Assembly (NCBI GenBank): GCA_049970495.1
Contig: JBMFMV010000001.1
Location: 32,001-96,000, forward strand
Reading direction: 5' to 3'
DNA: 64,000 nucleotides
Origin: a bacterium
Lineage (GTDB): Bacteria; DUMJ01
Part shown: one piece after another, positions 34,193 through 44,190 of the stretch
Layout of the letters: each line of letters begins with the position of its first letter
Position numbering within the stretch: position 1 is the stretch's first letter
Notes under the pieces: model-generated
What the model saw: the letters and a program-made list of their open reading frames with translations, nothing else
Told to the model about the DNA's origin: nothing
Database searches by the model: none
Position numbers and translations under genes: made by a program

Positions 34193-34309
34193 ATTGTAAT
34201 ATTTAGACAGACCCTTCTAGATTGCTTCATGGTTACCTCCTCACGATTGCAGGAAAGATTATAAAAAACGGAATTTTATATAGTCTAGTATAATTTTTAT
34301 AAAAATCTC

Positions 34310-34358
34310 TTAAAAAGACCTTAACTATCTTTAACTAATCTTTAATAAGAGTTTAATC
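34310..34358 (+). promoter_or_regulatory. Pho-box-like direct repeat array
   Basis: TTAA(A/C/T) units at 34310, 34321, 34331, 34342 and 34353 (10-11 bp period) upstream of alkaline phosphatase-pstS. Confidence 0.65.
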
Positions 34359-34427
34359 TACCTTCTCTAAGCTATAAAGTGATGAGGTATAAAAAATGGG
34401 GCAAAAATTTTATGGAGGTGTAATAGT

Positions 34428-35807
34428 ATGAAGTTTTACGTAAAAAGGTTGTCTGTAGCTCTTTTAATGCTTATCTTCCTATTTTCTCTCCAGAGCACTG
34501 CAATCTCAGCTGTTCCAAGGGTGAAGTATGTTATAGTTATGATTGCTGATGGGGCTGGGATGGCCCATTTAGGTGCAGCACATTACTTTAATAGACTTCT
34601 ACTAGATGAAGAATTCACCATAACAGAGAAGTTGTTTAATAAAGGTAAGCTTGGTATTGTAACAACTTATGCCCTTAATTCCTTAGTTCCTGACTCTGCC
34701 GCTTCTGGAACTGCTATAGCTACAGGTAAAAAGACTAACAATAATATGATATCTATGCTTCCTGATGGGACACCAGTGAAAACCGTTATGGAGAGAGCCA
34801 TTGAGTTAGGTTATAAGACTGGTCTTATAGCCAAAAGTACTATTACAGACGCTACACCAGCTGTTTTTGCTTCTCATGTTACACATAGGAGTCTCCAGGA
34901 TCAAATAGCTGTTCAGTATCTAGAAAAAAGAATTGACGTTATCCTAGGAGGAGGAAAGGCCTATTGGATCTCAGCTAGTAGTCCAGCAAGTAGTAGAAAA
35001 GACGAGAGAGACCTAATACTAGAGGCAAAAAATCTAGGCTATAACATAGTATCTAACCTAAGTGAACTAGAAGGTGTCAAGTCAGGTAAAGTCTTAGGTT
35101 TATTCTCTAGTGGGAATATGCCATTTAGACTAGACGCAGACCCAACAGTTATACCATCACTTAAAGAGATGACAGAAAAGGCTATAGAACTTTTATACGA
35201 AAACAGTAAAGGATTTTTCCTTATGGTAGAAGGTAGTAGAGTTGACCATGCCTCTCATAACAATGATATAGCTAGTGTAATAGCAGAATTACGTGAGTTT
35301 GATGAGGCAGTAAGAGTTGCTTTGGATTTTTACAATAAACATCCGAGAGAGACTCTTCTTATAGTAACTACAGACCATGATAACGGAGGCCTTTCTATCA
35401 CTTCAGGCTATGATACCTCAGGTAAAGGTAGATACCCTACAGTAGAAGACCTAAATAGAATATTCTTAGTGCCATTTTCCTTTGAAAGGGCTAAGTCTGT
35501 GGTAGAGAAAGAGGGTGTAGAAAAACTCTTTAATGAGCACTACACAGGAGAATTAAGGATCCCACAAGAGTGGATGGAGAGATTAACATCCAATAAACCT
35601 ATCACTCCTACTCTCAACAGTCCATTCTATGCAAGTCTTGGGGCTGGATTTTCCGCAGTATATATGACTGCTTGGGCTACAAATGACCACACTGCTACGC
35701 CTGTCTGGGTTGTCTCTCTTGGTCCTGGAAGTTATAGACTCAGTGGTTTTATAGACCAAACAGAGATAGGTAAGACTATATTTAGAATGTTAGGAGAAAT
35801 AAGATAG
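34428..35807 (+). CDS. phoA: Secreted alkaline phosphatase (PhoA family)
   Basis: Signal peptide; IADG, PDSAASGTA, DATPA, EGSRVDHASH, TDHDNGG. Confidence 0.92.
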   Translation: MKFYVKRLSVALLMLIFLFSLQSTAISAVPRVKYVIVMIADGAGMAHLGAAHYFNRLLLDEEFTITEKLFNKGKLGIVTTYALNSLVPDSAASGTAIATGKKTNNNMISMLPDGTPVKTVMERAIELGYKTGLIAKSTITDATPAVFASHVTHRSLQDQIAVQYLEKRIDVILGGGKAYWISASSPASSRKDERDLILEAKNLGYNIVSNLSELEGVKSGKVLGLFSSGNMPFRLDADPTVIPSLKEMTEKAIELLYENSKGFFLMVEGSRVDHASHNNDIASVIAELREFDEAVRVALDFYNKHPRETLLIVTTDHDNGGLSITSGYDTSGKGRYPTVEDLNRIFLVPFSFERAKSVVEKEGVEKLFNEHYTGELRIPQEWMERLTSNKPITPTLNSPFYASLGAGFSAVYMTAWATNDHTATPVWVVSLGPGSYRLSGFIDQTEIGKTIFRMLGEIR

Positions 35808-35810
35808 GAG

Positions 35811-36662
35811 GTGAAGAAGATGTTAAAGAGACTATTAGCAATATTTTCGATTGGGTTATTACTACTTAGTAGCCAGATAGCCTATGCCACAATAGTAAAA
35901 GGGAGGGTTACAGTTAAGGGTTCAGACACAATGGTAATTATGGTTCAGAGATTAGCAGAAGAATATATGACAAAGTTTAGAGGAAAGGTAATACAAATAT
36001 CTGGTGGTGGTAGTGGGGTAGGAATCGCAGCATTAATAAATAGGACTACAGATATCGCTAACGCTTCTAGACCAATTAAGGATGTAGAGAAAAATGCTAT
36101 TAAAAAGGCTTGGGGGAAAGACCCTAAAGAGTTCAAGGTAGCGCTAGATGGTATCACAATATACGTAAATCCTGATAATCCTCTAAAGGAGATCACCTTA
36201 GATCAGTTAAAGGACATATTTACCGGGAAAATTACCAGCTGGAAAGACCTTGGATGGGAGGATAAACCTATAATAGTTTATACAAGGGAAAATAGCTCAG
36301 GCACATATGTATTCTTTAAGGAGCATGTTCTTAAAAATCAGGACTATACGAGTAAGGCTCAGAGTATGCCAGGAACAGCATCAGTGGTAAATGCAGTATC
36401 TAAGGAAAAGTATAGCATAGGATATGGTGGAATTGCTTATGCAAAGGGAGTTAAAATATTAGCAGTGAAAAAAGATAAGGATTCTCCAGCATATCTACCA
36501 ATAGAAGAGAACATCAAAAAGGCGGTGTATCCTATAAGTAGATACCTATACATGTATACCTGTGAGTATGACGATCCTGAAGTAAAGGCTTTCATAGATT
36601 GGGTTCTTTCCGATGAGGGACAAAGAGTTGTCCTAGAAGTAGGTTATTTCCCTATAAAATAG
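35811..36662 (+). CDS. pstS: Phosphate ABC transporter substrate-binding protein
   Basis: KGSDT, GGGSGVG, NASR, RENSSGT, YPISRYLY. Confidence 0.92.
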   Translation: MKKMLKRLLAIFSIGLLLLSSQIAYATIVKGRVTVKGSDTMVIMVQRLAEEYMTKFRGKVIQISGGGSGVGIAALINRTTDIANASRPIKDVEKNAIKKAWGKDPKEFKVALDGITIYVNPDNPLKEITLDQLKDIFTGKITSWKDLGWEDKPIIVYTRENSSGTYVFFKEHVLKNQDYTSKAQSMPGTASVVNAVSKEKYSIGYGGIAYAKGVKILAVKKDKDSPAYLPIEENIKKAVYPISRYLYMYTCEYDDPEVKAFIDWVLSDEGQRVVLEVGYFPIK

Positions 36663-36674
36663 TTTTATATTTAG

Positions 36675-36705
36675 AAAAGCTCCCCAATTTCAAGGGGAGC
36701 TTTTT
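36675..36705. terminator. Bidirectional terminator
   Basis: AAAAGCTCCCC..GGGGAGCTTTTT between convergent genes. Confidence 0.8.
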
Positions 36706-36728
36706 ATTTCTTAACCTATCCCATTAGC

Positions 36729-38315
36729 TTAAAACAAGAATTTTTCTATTTTCCCTTCTAAAAATCTATAGATATACCTTCCCTTTTCCAAGATATCCTC
36801 TTTTACAAGCCTTTCTATGTCAAAATAAAATATACCTATCTTTTGGCTTCTAAATATCTCTCTAGACTGTATCTTCTTAAAAGCCCTTATAATATCCTTC
36901 TCCTCACTCGAGAATACCAATTCTTCCGGCAGATAATCTTCTGGATGGATACTTAGAACATCAAATCTGAATAGATTCTTCAGGATCTCATAATCCTCTA
37001 TAAGCCTGAGGTTTAAAAGGGATTTATATAAATCACTTATAAAGTCTCTAGTATTTTTTCTACAATCAACCTTATAGCTTAATCTCTCAAAGACCTCTGA
37101 AGGGGAAAATTTCCTAAAAATATATCTTAAAGTCCAATACAGATTCTTCCTGTTATAAAGTCTATCCAACAATGTCTCCATCCTCTTTAACCTATAGATC
37201 TCCCTATATGATATAAACTTATTAGAGAGCACTTCATAAGGAGGAAAAGTGTAATATTCATAATTATAGACTTCAGCTTCGTTTCTTATCCTTGTCCCCT
37301 TTAGCAATTTTAAAAATCCTAACTGAACCTCATCGGCAAAATAAAAGATGGTCTTATCTAAAGACTTCTTAAACCCTTCAAAGCCCTCATAGGGCAGTCC
37401 AGCTATCAAGTCTAGATGAAGGAAACACTTCTTCTCTTCTAAGAGCTTCTTTATATTTCTATCTAGTCTTTCTAAATCGACAAAACCTCTTCCTATAGCC
37501 TTAAGAGTATCGCTTTTAAAACTCTGAATCCCCATCTCAAGTCTAAATAAACCTTCTTTAGAAGCATTTAGAGTAGATATTATATCTTCATCTAATAGAG
37601 AAGGTTCAATCTCAAGATGAACTTGCGTTTCCTTAGAGTATCTTTTACAGAACTCTATTATCTCTATAGCCCTGGCTTTATCTATGTTAAATGTCCTGTC
37701 AACAAATTTTAAAAGTCTCACCCTATTATCAAAGAAAAACTTAATATCGTCAAAGACCTTTTCCATTGGTGCAAATCTAACCTTTTTATCTAATGAAGAT
37801 AGGCAATAGAAGCAGTTAAATGGGCATCCTCTACTTGTCTCATAATAATATATCTTATTGACATCTATCTTCTCATCTTTATATGGGAAAGGGAGTTTTT
37901 CCATATCAAAGTACTGGTAGTCTCTACAAATAAATTCTCTGTTTTCTGAGATAGCTTTACAAAATTCCACAAAGAAAGGTTCGCCTTCACCTCTTACTAT
38001 AAAATCCACATACTGCCAATCTTTCAATTCATCAAAATATACCTCCGGTCCTCCTAGAATAATCTTTACATCTTTTAGAACTTTTCTAATCCCTTCTACA
38101 AGCCTCCTCACATAGAGGGCATTCCATATATAAACAGATATAGCTATATATTTTGGTTTCTCTTCTACTATCCTAAAGAGGACATCATTTAAGTCTTGAT
38201 TAATATTAAACTCCAAAAACTTACAGGGATATATCTCTTTACAGAGGTGATAAAAGTATCTAATTGCAATATTAGTATGGATATACTTGGCATTTATCCC
38301 TACAAATAAAAGCAT
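36729..38315 (-). CDS. B12-binding-domain radical SAM protein
   Basis: INAKYIHTN, ILGGPEV, YYETSRGCPFNCFYC, HLDLIAGLP. Confidence 0.88.
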   Translation of the reverse strand: MLLFVGINAKYIHTNIAIRYFYHLCKEIYPCKFLEFNINQDLNDVLFRIVEEKPKYIAISVYIWNALYVRRLVEGIRKVLKDVKIILGGPEVYFDELKDWQYVDFIVRGEGEPFFVEFCKAISENREFICRDYQYFDMEKLPFPYKDEKIDVNKIYYYETSRGCPFNCFYCLSSLDKKVRFAPMEKVFDDIKFFFDNRVRLLKFVDRTFNIDKARAIEIIEFCKRYSKETQVHLEIEPSLLDEDIISTLNASKEGLFRLEMGIQSFKSDTLKAIGRGFVDLERLDRNIKKLLEEKKCFLHLDLIAGLPYEGFEGFKKSLDKTIFYFADEVQLGFLKLLKGTRIRNEAEVYNYEYYTFPPYEVLSNKFISYREIYRLKRMETLLDRLYNRKNLYWTLRYIFRKFSPSEVFERLSYKVDCRKNTRDFISDLYKSLLNLRLIEDYEILKNLFRFDVLSIHPEDYLPEELVFSSEEKDIIRAFKKIQSREIFRSQKIGIFYFDIERLVKEDILEKGRYIYRFLEGKIEKFLF

Positions 38316-38319
38316 CTGC

Positions 38320-38499
38320 CTATTTCTTCTTAACTAGGAAAATAACTAAACCGGCAAGCCCTATGCCTGAAAGTAGAGCCAGGACATCTACCACAAATGT
38401 AGCAGTACCTGGCTCTAGAAAGAAGAGTAGTCCACCAGAAACTAAGATAACAAATATCGCTATCCTAAATACCCCTAAACCTATATATGGATCTATCAT
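38320..38499 (-). CDS. Small two-TM membrane protein (59 aa)
   Basis: MIDPYIGLGVFRIAIFVILVSGGLLFFLEPGTATFVVDVLALLSGIGLAGLVIFLVKKK; ATGA overlap with upstream ATPase and fills the intergenic gap. Confidence 0.75.
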   Translation of the reverse strand: MIDPYIGLGVFRIAIFVILVSGGLLFFLEPGTATFVVDVLALLSGIGLAGLVIFLVKKK

Positions 38500-39497
38500 T
38501 TTCCTCTAAATAAGAAACAGGATACATAATGGTCTTTTTCGGGTTCATACATATCGGGCACTTCCTTATCACAGGTTCCTTCTATCCAGAATGGACATCT
38601 AGGATTAAAAGTACAACCTGGAGGCAGATTAAGAAGACTAGGTATATCTAAACTTCTCAACTGCATAGGCTTCTTACTCCTAGTAACCTGAGGGTCTGCC
38701 TCTGGGATAGCCATAAGCAGAGCCTTTGTATAAGGATGTAGAGGATTTTCTATCACTCTAGGCGTAGGTCCTATCTCTACAATCCTTCCAAGATACATAA
38801 CCGCAATCCTACCTTCCCATCCAAAATATTTAGCCATTGCAAGGTCATGTGTTATGAATAAGAATGTGACATTCATCTCTTCTTTGAGACGTCTCAATAG
38901 TTCTATAATACTAAGTCTTATAGATACATCTAGCATAGAGACTGCCTCATCTGCTACAATAAATCTTGGATTTAGTGTTAGAGAACGTGCTATAACTACC
39001 CTCTGTCTCTGCCCTCCACTTAGCTGGTGTGGATATTTATATATAAAATCTCTCGGCGGGGTAAGGTCTACCCTATCCAAAAGTTCAAGAACCCTTTCTT
39101 CTGCCTCGTCTTTATTTTTTACTATACCGTGCCTAAATAGAGGGGCACTCAAGATATTGAATATCCTGTGGACAGGATTTAAAGAAGAATAAGGGTCTTG
39201 ATGTATAATCTGAACAGCCTTTCTATAATTCTTAAACTCATCCTTATTCATACTCCATATGTCTTTTCCTTCGAATAATATCCTGCCCGAAGTAGGCTTT
39301 ATTAATCCAACAATAAGTTTTCCGGTAGTCGTCTTCCCACAACCACTCTCACCAACTAAACAGAGGACCTCTCCTTTATGTATGGATAGGGAGAGGTCTC
39401 CTATAACCTGCATATACTTCTTTCCCCCAAAGATACTACTTCTAACTGTAAAGGATTTGCTTATATGGTCAAGTTGTATAATAGCCCTATCTTCCAT
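38496..39497 (-). CDS. Opp/Dpp-type ABC ATPase (DppF-like)
   Basis: GESGCGKT, LSGGQRQR, HPYT, C-terminal Cys cluster. Confidence 0.93.
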   Translation of the reverse strand: MEDRAIIQLDHISKSFTVRSSIFGGKKYMQVIGDLSLSIHKGEVLCLVGESGCGKTTTGKLIVGLIKPTSGRILFEGKDIWSMNKDEFKNYRKAVQIIHQDPYSSLNPVHRIFNILSAPLFRHGIVKNKDEAEERVLELLDRVDLTPPRDFIYKYPHQLSGGQRQRVVIARSLTLNPRFIVADEAVSMLDVSIRLSIIELLRRLKEEMNVTFLFITHDLAMAKYFGWEGRIAVMYLGRIVEIGPTPRVIENPLHPYTKALLMAIPEADPQVTRSKKPMQLRSLDIPSLLNLPPGCTFNPRCPFWIEGTCDKEVPDMYEPEKDHYVSCFLFRGK

Positions 39498-40479
39498 TGT
39501 TGATCTCCTTATATCTAAAACATGCTACAAAATGTTCTGGACCCACCTCTATTAATATAGGCTCAGATTCTTCACATCTCGACTCCTTATACTCACACCT
39601 AGGTGCAAATTTACACCCTGGCGAAAGGTTTATAAGGTCTGGAGGTGAGCCGGGAATAGAGTAAAGCTCTCTAAAACCTGCAGTTACAGTAGGGACAGCC
39701 TTTATAAGCCCAAGGGTATACGGATGTTTTGGACGATAGAAGATATCTTCTACACTACCAAGTTCTACTATAGCCCCAGCATACATAACCGCCACCCTAT
39801 CTGCCAATTCTGCAGCCAGAGAAAGATCATGGGATATAAATATCATCGAAAGTCCCATATCTGCCTTGATGATCCTTAAAAGTTCAATAATATTCCTCTG
39901 GGTGAGTATATCTAGAGCGGTTGTTGGCTCGTCTAAGATAAGTACCTTAGGCTCTAATAATAGACTCATAGCGATAAGAACCCTTTGTCTCATACCACCA
40001 CTTAGCTCATGTGGGTATGAGTTTATAACACGTTCCGGATCTAGCTGAACATATCTCAAAAGTGATACAGCTCTATCCCTGACAAAACCTCTATTACTTA
40101 TTCCATGAGCTTTTGCGGTATCATATATCTGATCCCATATCTTTAAGACTGGATTAAAGGAGTTTAATGCGGATTGAAAGACCATGGCAACTTCTTTCCA
40201 CCTAAATTGTCTTAAATCTTTCTCATTAAATTTACTTATATCATATTCGTTTCCATTTCCCCTATAAACAATTCTTCCATCTTTTATATATCCTGAGGAA
40301 GGGAGTAATCTTATAATTGCGGTTCCCAATGTTGTTTTCCCCGATCCGCTTTCTCCTATTAGCGCCAAATTCTCTCCCTTATAGAGCTTTAGATTTACTC
40401 CTCTTACAGCCTTTACCTTTCCCCTTATATTAGAATACTCAACAAAGAGATTTTCTACATTTAAAATTTCTTTAGTCAA
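39487..40479 (-). CDS. Opp/Dpp-type ABC ATPase (DppD-like)
   Basis: GESGSGKT, LSGGMRQR, DEPTTALD. Confidence 0.93.
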   Translation of the reverse strand: MTKEILNVENLFVEYSNIRGKVKAVRGVNLKLYKGENLALIGESGSGKTTLGTAIIRLLPSSGYIKDGRIVYRGNGNEYDISKFNEKDLRQFRWKEVAMVFQSALNSFNPVLKIWDQIYDTAKAHGISNRGFVRDRAVSLLRYVQLDPERVINSYPHELSGGMRQRVLIAMSLLLEPKVLILDEPTTALDILTQRNIIELLRIIKADMGLSMIFISHDLSLAAELADRVAVMYAGAIVELGSVEDIFYRPKHPYTLGLIKAVPTVTAGFRELYSIPGSPPDLINLSPGCKFAPRCEYKESRCEESEPILIEVGPEHFVACFRYKEINNGR

Positions 40480-40480
40480 T

Positions 40481-41356
40481 CTACTCTCCCGCCCTTAATC
40501 TTGGATTGAATATACCTTCTAGTGACCTAGTGAAAGTCACTGCAGACCACTGGAATAGCGCTATAGCTATTATTGGTGATAGGATATAAAAAATACTCCC
40601 CTTATAGAATATAGCACCTCTAGTCCAGGCTAGTTGAATCATAAGACCCCAATTATGACCATAAAAGGGAACAAGACCAAGTATTATTAACCCCACCTGA
40701 CTGTACACCGCCCCTGTCATTGCCATAATGAGGCTTATAACTATATAGCTCAGCATATTGGGAAGGATTTCAGAGAATATTATATGCATTCTCCCAAGGT
40801 CCAAGACCCTTGCAGCTTCTATGTAATCTCTCTCCTTTATTGAGAGAACCTGAGATCTGATTGCTCTTGCAAGGGCGGGCCAACCAAGGAAACCAATAAT
40901 AAATGCCAACATAGTGGGATTGGTAAGCCTTACAAATGCTGCTAATACAGCCAAGAGTGGAAACTGTGGGATTGTAAGGATTATCTCAGTTATAAACATA
41001 ATAAAAGTATCTGTAAAACCTCCTGCATATGCGCTCAATGAGCCTAAACTTACCGCTATTAATGTAGAGATAAGACCTGCTAGGAATGCCACTATTATAA
41101 CATCTTTACCACCGTTGACTATCTGCGAGAATATATCTCTCCCCTGATTATCTGTGCCTAGGATATGCTCTCTCGATGGAAACTGGTATATCTTGTCGAG
41201 TTTCACCTCTGTATCTAGTTTTATAAAATACGGTCCGATAAAAGAGAGTAATAATATGAACAAGAGGAAAATAAAGCCAACAAGTCCTGCCTTATCTCTA
41301 GAGATAATAATCAGAGGTTCTAGAAATATTCTTCTTAAGAGATTTTTAGCACTCAT
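40481..41356 (-). CDS. ABC permease (DppC-like)
   Basis: HILGTDNQGRD, YIEAARVL, NPRLR. Confidence 0.92.
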   Translation of the reverse strand: MSAKNLLRRIFLEPLIIISRDKAGLVGFIFLLFILLLSFIGPYFIKLDTEVKLDKIYQFPSREHILGTDNQGRDIFSQIVNGGKDVIIVAFLAGLISTLIAVSLGSLSAYAGGFTDTFIMFITEIILTIPQFPLLAVLAAFVRLTNPTMLAFIIGFLGWPALARAIRSQVLSIKERDYIEAARVLDLGRMHIIFSEILPNMLSYIVISLIMAMTGAVYSQVGLIILGLVPFYGHNWGLMIQLAWTRGAIFYKGSIFYILSPIIAIALFQWSAVTFTRSLEGIFNPRLRAGE

Positions 41357-42384
41357 TATTCTCCTCCTATCTTTATGCGGGGGTCTAATTTTGAGTAGAG
41401 TAAGTCAGCAATGAAGTTTGCCACTATAACAGCAATAGTAATTATTAAAAATACCGCCTGCATAACAGGGTAATCCCTCTGAGCTATACTAGCACCCAAA
41501 GCCCAACCAATACCTTTATATACGAATATACTCTCTATTAAAGCAGAACCTCCCATAAGAAACCCCATCTGCATAGTCAAACTAGTGAATAGTGGAAGAA
41601 GCGCATTCCTACCCACATAGGCGAATGTTATACGACTCTCAGGGAGTCCTCTAGCCTTTGCTACCGTTACATAATCTTCTCCTAAAGTATTAAGGGTACT
41701 ACTCTTCATACTCAACGTCCATCCACCGACAGTACTGACTACATAGGTCATGATTGGTAAGAGTGCATGTGAGAATATATCTTTTATAAATATCCATGTA
41801 AACCCTGGCTTTATACCTGGAGAAACCGTCCCCCTCATAGCGCTTACTGGTATTAGACCAAGTTGTACACCTATAATGATGAGTAAGAGTATACCGATCA
41901 AATAGTTTGGTATAGCGCTCAATATTGCTGCAATAGTCGACATAACATGATCAAATATACTTCCCCTCTTGTAAGCGGAGATCATACCTAGCGTGATACC
42001 CAATGAAAAACTTATAAGTATAGAGATGCCAACACTAAAGATAGTCCAAGGTAGATAGGCAGCAATCATCAAAGATACAGGGGTTCCCTGAGAGAGGAAA
42101 GAAACTCCAAAGTCTCCCCTCAATAGATTTCTCATATAGATTACATACTGCTTAGAGAGCGGTGCATTTAGGTCTATTGAGAATAATGCAGCTGCTTGGT
42201 TCTTTGCATCCTGAAAGCTCATCCCATATTGAGACATAAGCTGGCCTATATATATCTCTATTGGATTTCCTGGCATAAGTCTGATGATAAAAAATGTCAA
42301 TGTTGCAACTATAAAGATAGTCAAAATCGCCCTTACAACTCTAAGGAATATGTAATTAGAGAGAAGTTTTTTAACTTTGCTCAA
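41356..42384 (-). CDS. ABC permease (DppB-like)
   Basis: RLMPGNP, DYVTVAKARGL, RDYPV, LDPRI. Confidence 0.92.
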   Translation of the reverse strand: MSKVKKLLSNYIFLRVVRAILTIFIVATLTFFIIRLMPGNPIEIYIGQLMSQYGMSFQDAKNQAAALFSIDLNAPLSKQYVIYMRNLLRGDFGVSFLSQGTPVSLMIAAYLPWTIFSVGISILISFSLGITLGMISAYKRGSIFDHVMSTIAAILSAIPNYLIGILLLIIIGVQLGLIPVSAMRGTVSPGIKPGFTWIFIKDIFSHALLPIMTYVVSTVGGWTLSMKSSTLNTLGEDYVTVAKARGLPESRITFAYVGRNALLPLFTSLTMQMGFLMGGSALIESIFVYKGIGWALGASIAQRDYPVMQAVFLIITIAVIVANFIADLLYSKLDPRIKIGGE

Positions 42385-42414
42385 TTTTCTTACCCTCCTA
42401 GACTGATAAAATTA

Positions 42415-42439
42415 GGGGACGTCTCAAAGAGACGTCCCC
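42415..42439 (-). other. Intercistronic stem-loop after the binding-protein gene
   Basis: GGGGACGTCTC-aaa-GAGACGTCCCC, perfect 11-bp stem without a strong U tract. Confidence 0.7.
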
Positions 42440-42456
42440 ATAATATCCTTGTTTTG

Positions 42457-44190
42457 TTATTTAGTCACAGGTTTTAATGTTCCATTAAGTATCATTATTG
42501 TAACGAAGTTATCAGCATATGGGCTGTTCTTATAGATTGGGTCTCCTTCTTTAGGCCAGTTGGTTACTCTTACACCATCTAGCGATGGATTGTTTCCATA
42601 TCTCTCCCAGAGTGGAACAATTGGCAGTAACTCGTTGAATGCAAGTGCTAGTTTCTCTACAATCTTCTTCTGCTGCAATACATCATAACCTTCAGCACTC
42701 TGTGTAACAAGTTTATCTAGATCTACCTTACCTACAGACTTGGTAGTCTGAACAAGTGGGAAGTTCATTCCAGGACCTAGTCCACTCGGGTAGTTATATG
42801 TAATTAGGTCTGTATAGTAGGAGAAATGAGCATGAGGATGTGCAGAACCCCAACCAGCTATAGCCATCTGGAATCTTCCTGCTCTTACTTCAGTAGGATG
42901 CTGAGCATAAGTGATACCACGTACAGTAGTCTTTATTCCAAACTTCGTTAACTGTTCAGCAGCGTTTTCTGCTGCAGCAGACCAGTCTGCAAATTCTGCT
43001 GGTACTAATAATTCATATTCCATCTTGTTCCCTTTATCAGTTACCCAGATACCATCTGCACCTTTCTTAAATCCAAGACCAGTTAGTATCTTTGCTGCTA
43101 GATCAGGGTTGTAATCATACTTATTTAATCTCTTCATTACTGCTTCAGATAACCACTGTGGGACTAAGTTATCACTCAGACCGGTCATATAGATCTGTCT
43201 CTTAGCAGAGTCACCTAGGGATACAAAGGCGTTTTCTTCTTTCTTAATTGCATAGGCTATAGCCTGTCTAACCTCTTTTAGATTGAACGGATAGATATTG
43301 TGGTTAAAGTATATTGCTGGACCAGAGTATATTGGAGGTCTTATAATCCTTATACCCATCTGTATAAATTGCTTTTCTGTAGCTGGTGGGAATCCATGAG
43401 TAGCATAATCTACCTCTTTAGCCATAACCAGAGGAGTTACTACTGGGGTTTCTCCATTATAAATCTTGAGCTTATCAAACTGGATCTTCTCGGCATCCCA
43501 GTATCCATCGAATTTAGTAAGGGTTATCTCTGATTCAGTAAGATTCTTGGGATCTAAGATGAATGGGCCAGTACCAATCATCCTTTCTGGTCTGAACTGA
43601 TCAAACTCTGCCCTAAGTTTTTTCATCTCATCAGAGTCAGCCTTTTTACCTTGGTTAAGAAGAGCTATAACCTGGCTTGCATATTTCCCATATACTGCAT
43701 CGGAACGAATTTGTGTCCTAAGGACATATCTCTCTAAGACCATAGGGGCACACACCACTGCCATATGGAAGTCTACTGTGTAATCATCTACAGCTGTTAC
43801 CTTATCTATGTATCTCCAAATAGCCCAGTTATAGAGATATCCAAGATAGAATGTAGTAACTACATCTTTAGCGGTAAATGTCTTACCATCTTGCCACTTT
43901 ACACCCTTTCTCAGATATACTCTAAATGTATTTGTTTTCCTATTAAGACTCCACTTCGTTGCCAAAAGTGGCATCCATTTACCACTAGCCCAGAGATACA
44001 TTGCTAGAGGCTGTTCTATAAGATCATAATATATCCCTAAAGTGATAGCATTAGTTGCATACGAATTGAAATGACCAACTGGAGGTGGAGTATATGGCCA
44101 GGCCCCATTGAACTGTCCTGCTGCAATAGCAGAAGAAACTAAGCTAACCACTAATAACAAACTAAATAGACTTAATACTATCTTTTTCAT
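42457..44190 (-). CDS. Family-5 ABC substrate-binding protein (probably oligosaccharide)
   Basis: Signal peptide, LRKGVKWQDGKTFTAKDV, GTGPF, VRQAIAYAI; aromatic-rich. Confidence 0.88.
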   Translation of the reverse strand: MKKIVLSLFSLLLVVSLVSSAIAAGQFNGAWPYTPPPVGHFNSYATNAITLGIYYDLIEQPLAMYLWASGKWMPLLATKWSLNRKTNTFRVYLRKGVKWQDGKTFTAKDVVTTFYLGYLYNWAIWRYIDKVTAVDDYTVDFHMAVVCAPMVLERYVLRTQIRSDAVYGKYASQVIALLNQGKKADSDEMKKLRAEFDQFRPERMIGTGPFILDPKNLTESEITLTKFDGYWDAEKIQFDKLKIYNGETPVVTPLVMAKEVDYATHGFPPATEKQFIQMGIRIIRPPIYSGPAIYFNHNIYPFNLKEVRQAIAYAIKKEENAFVSLGDSAKRQIYMTGLSDNLVPQWLSEAVMKRLNKYDYNPDLAAKILTGLGFKKGADGIWVTDKGNKMEYELLVPAEFADWSAAAENAAEQLTKFGIKTTVRGITYAQHPTEVRAGRFQMAIAGWGSAHPHAHFSYYTDLITYNYPSGLGPGMNFPLVQTTKSVGKVDLDKLVTQSAEGYDVLQQKKIVEKLALAFNELLPIVPLWERYGNNPSLDGVRVTNWPKEGDPIYKNSPYADNFVTIMILNGTLKPVTK

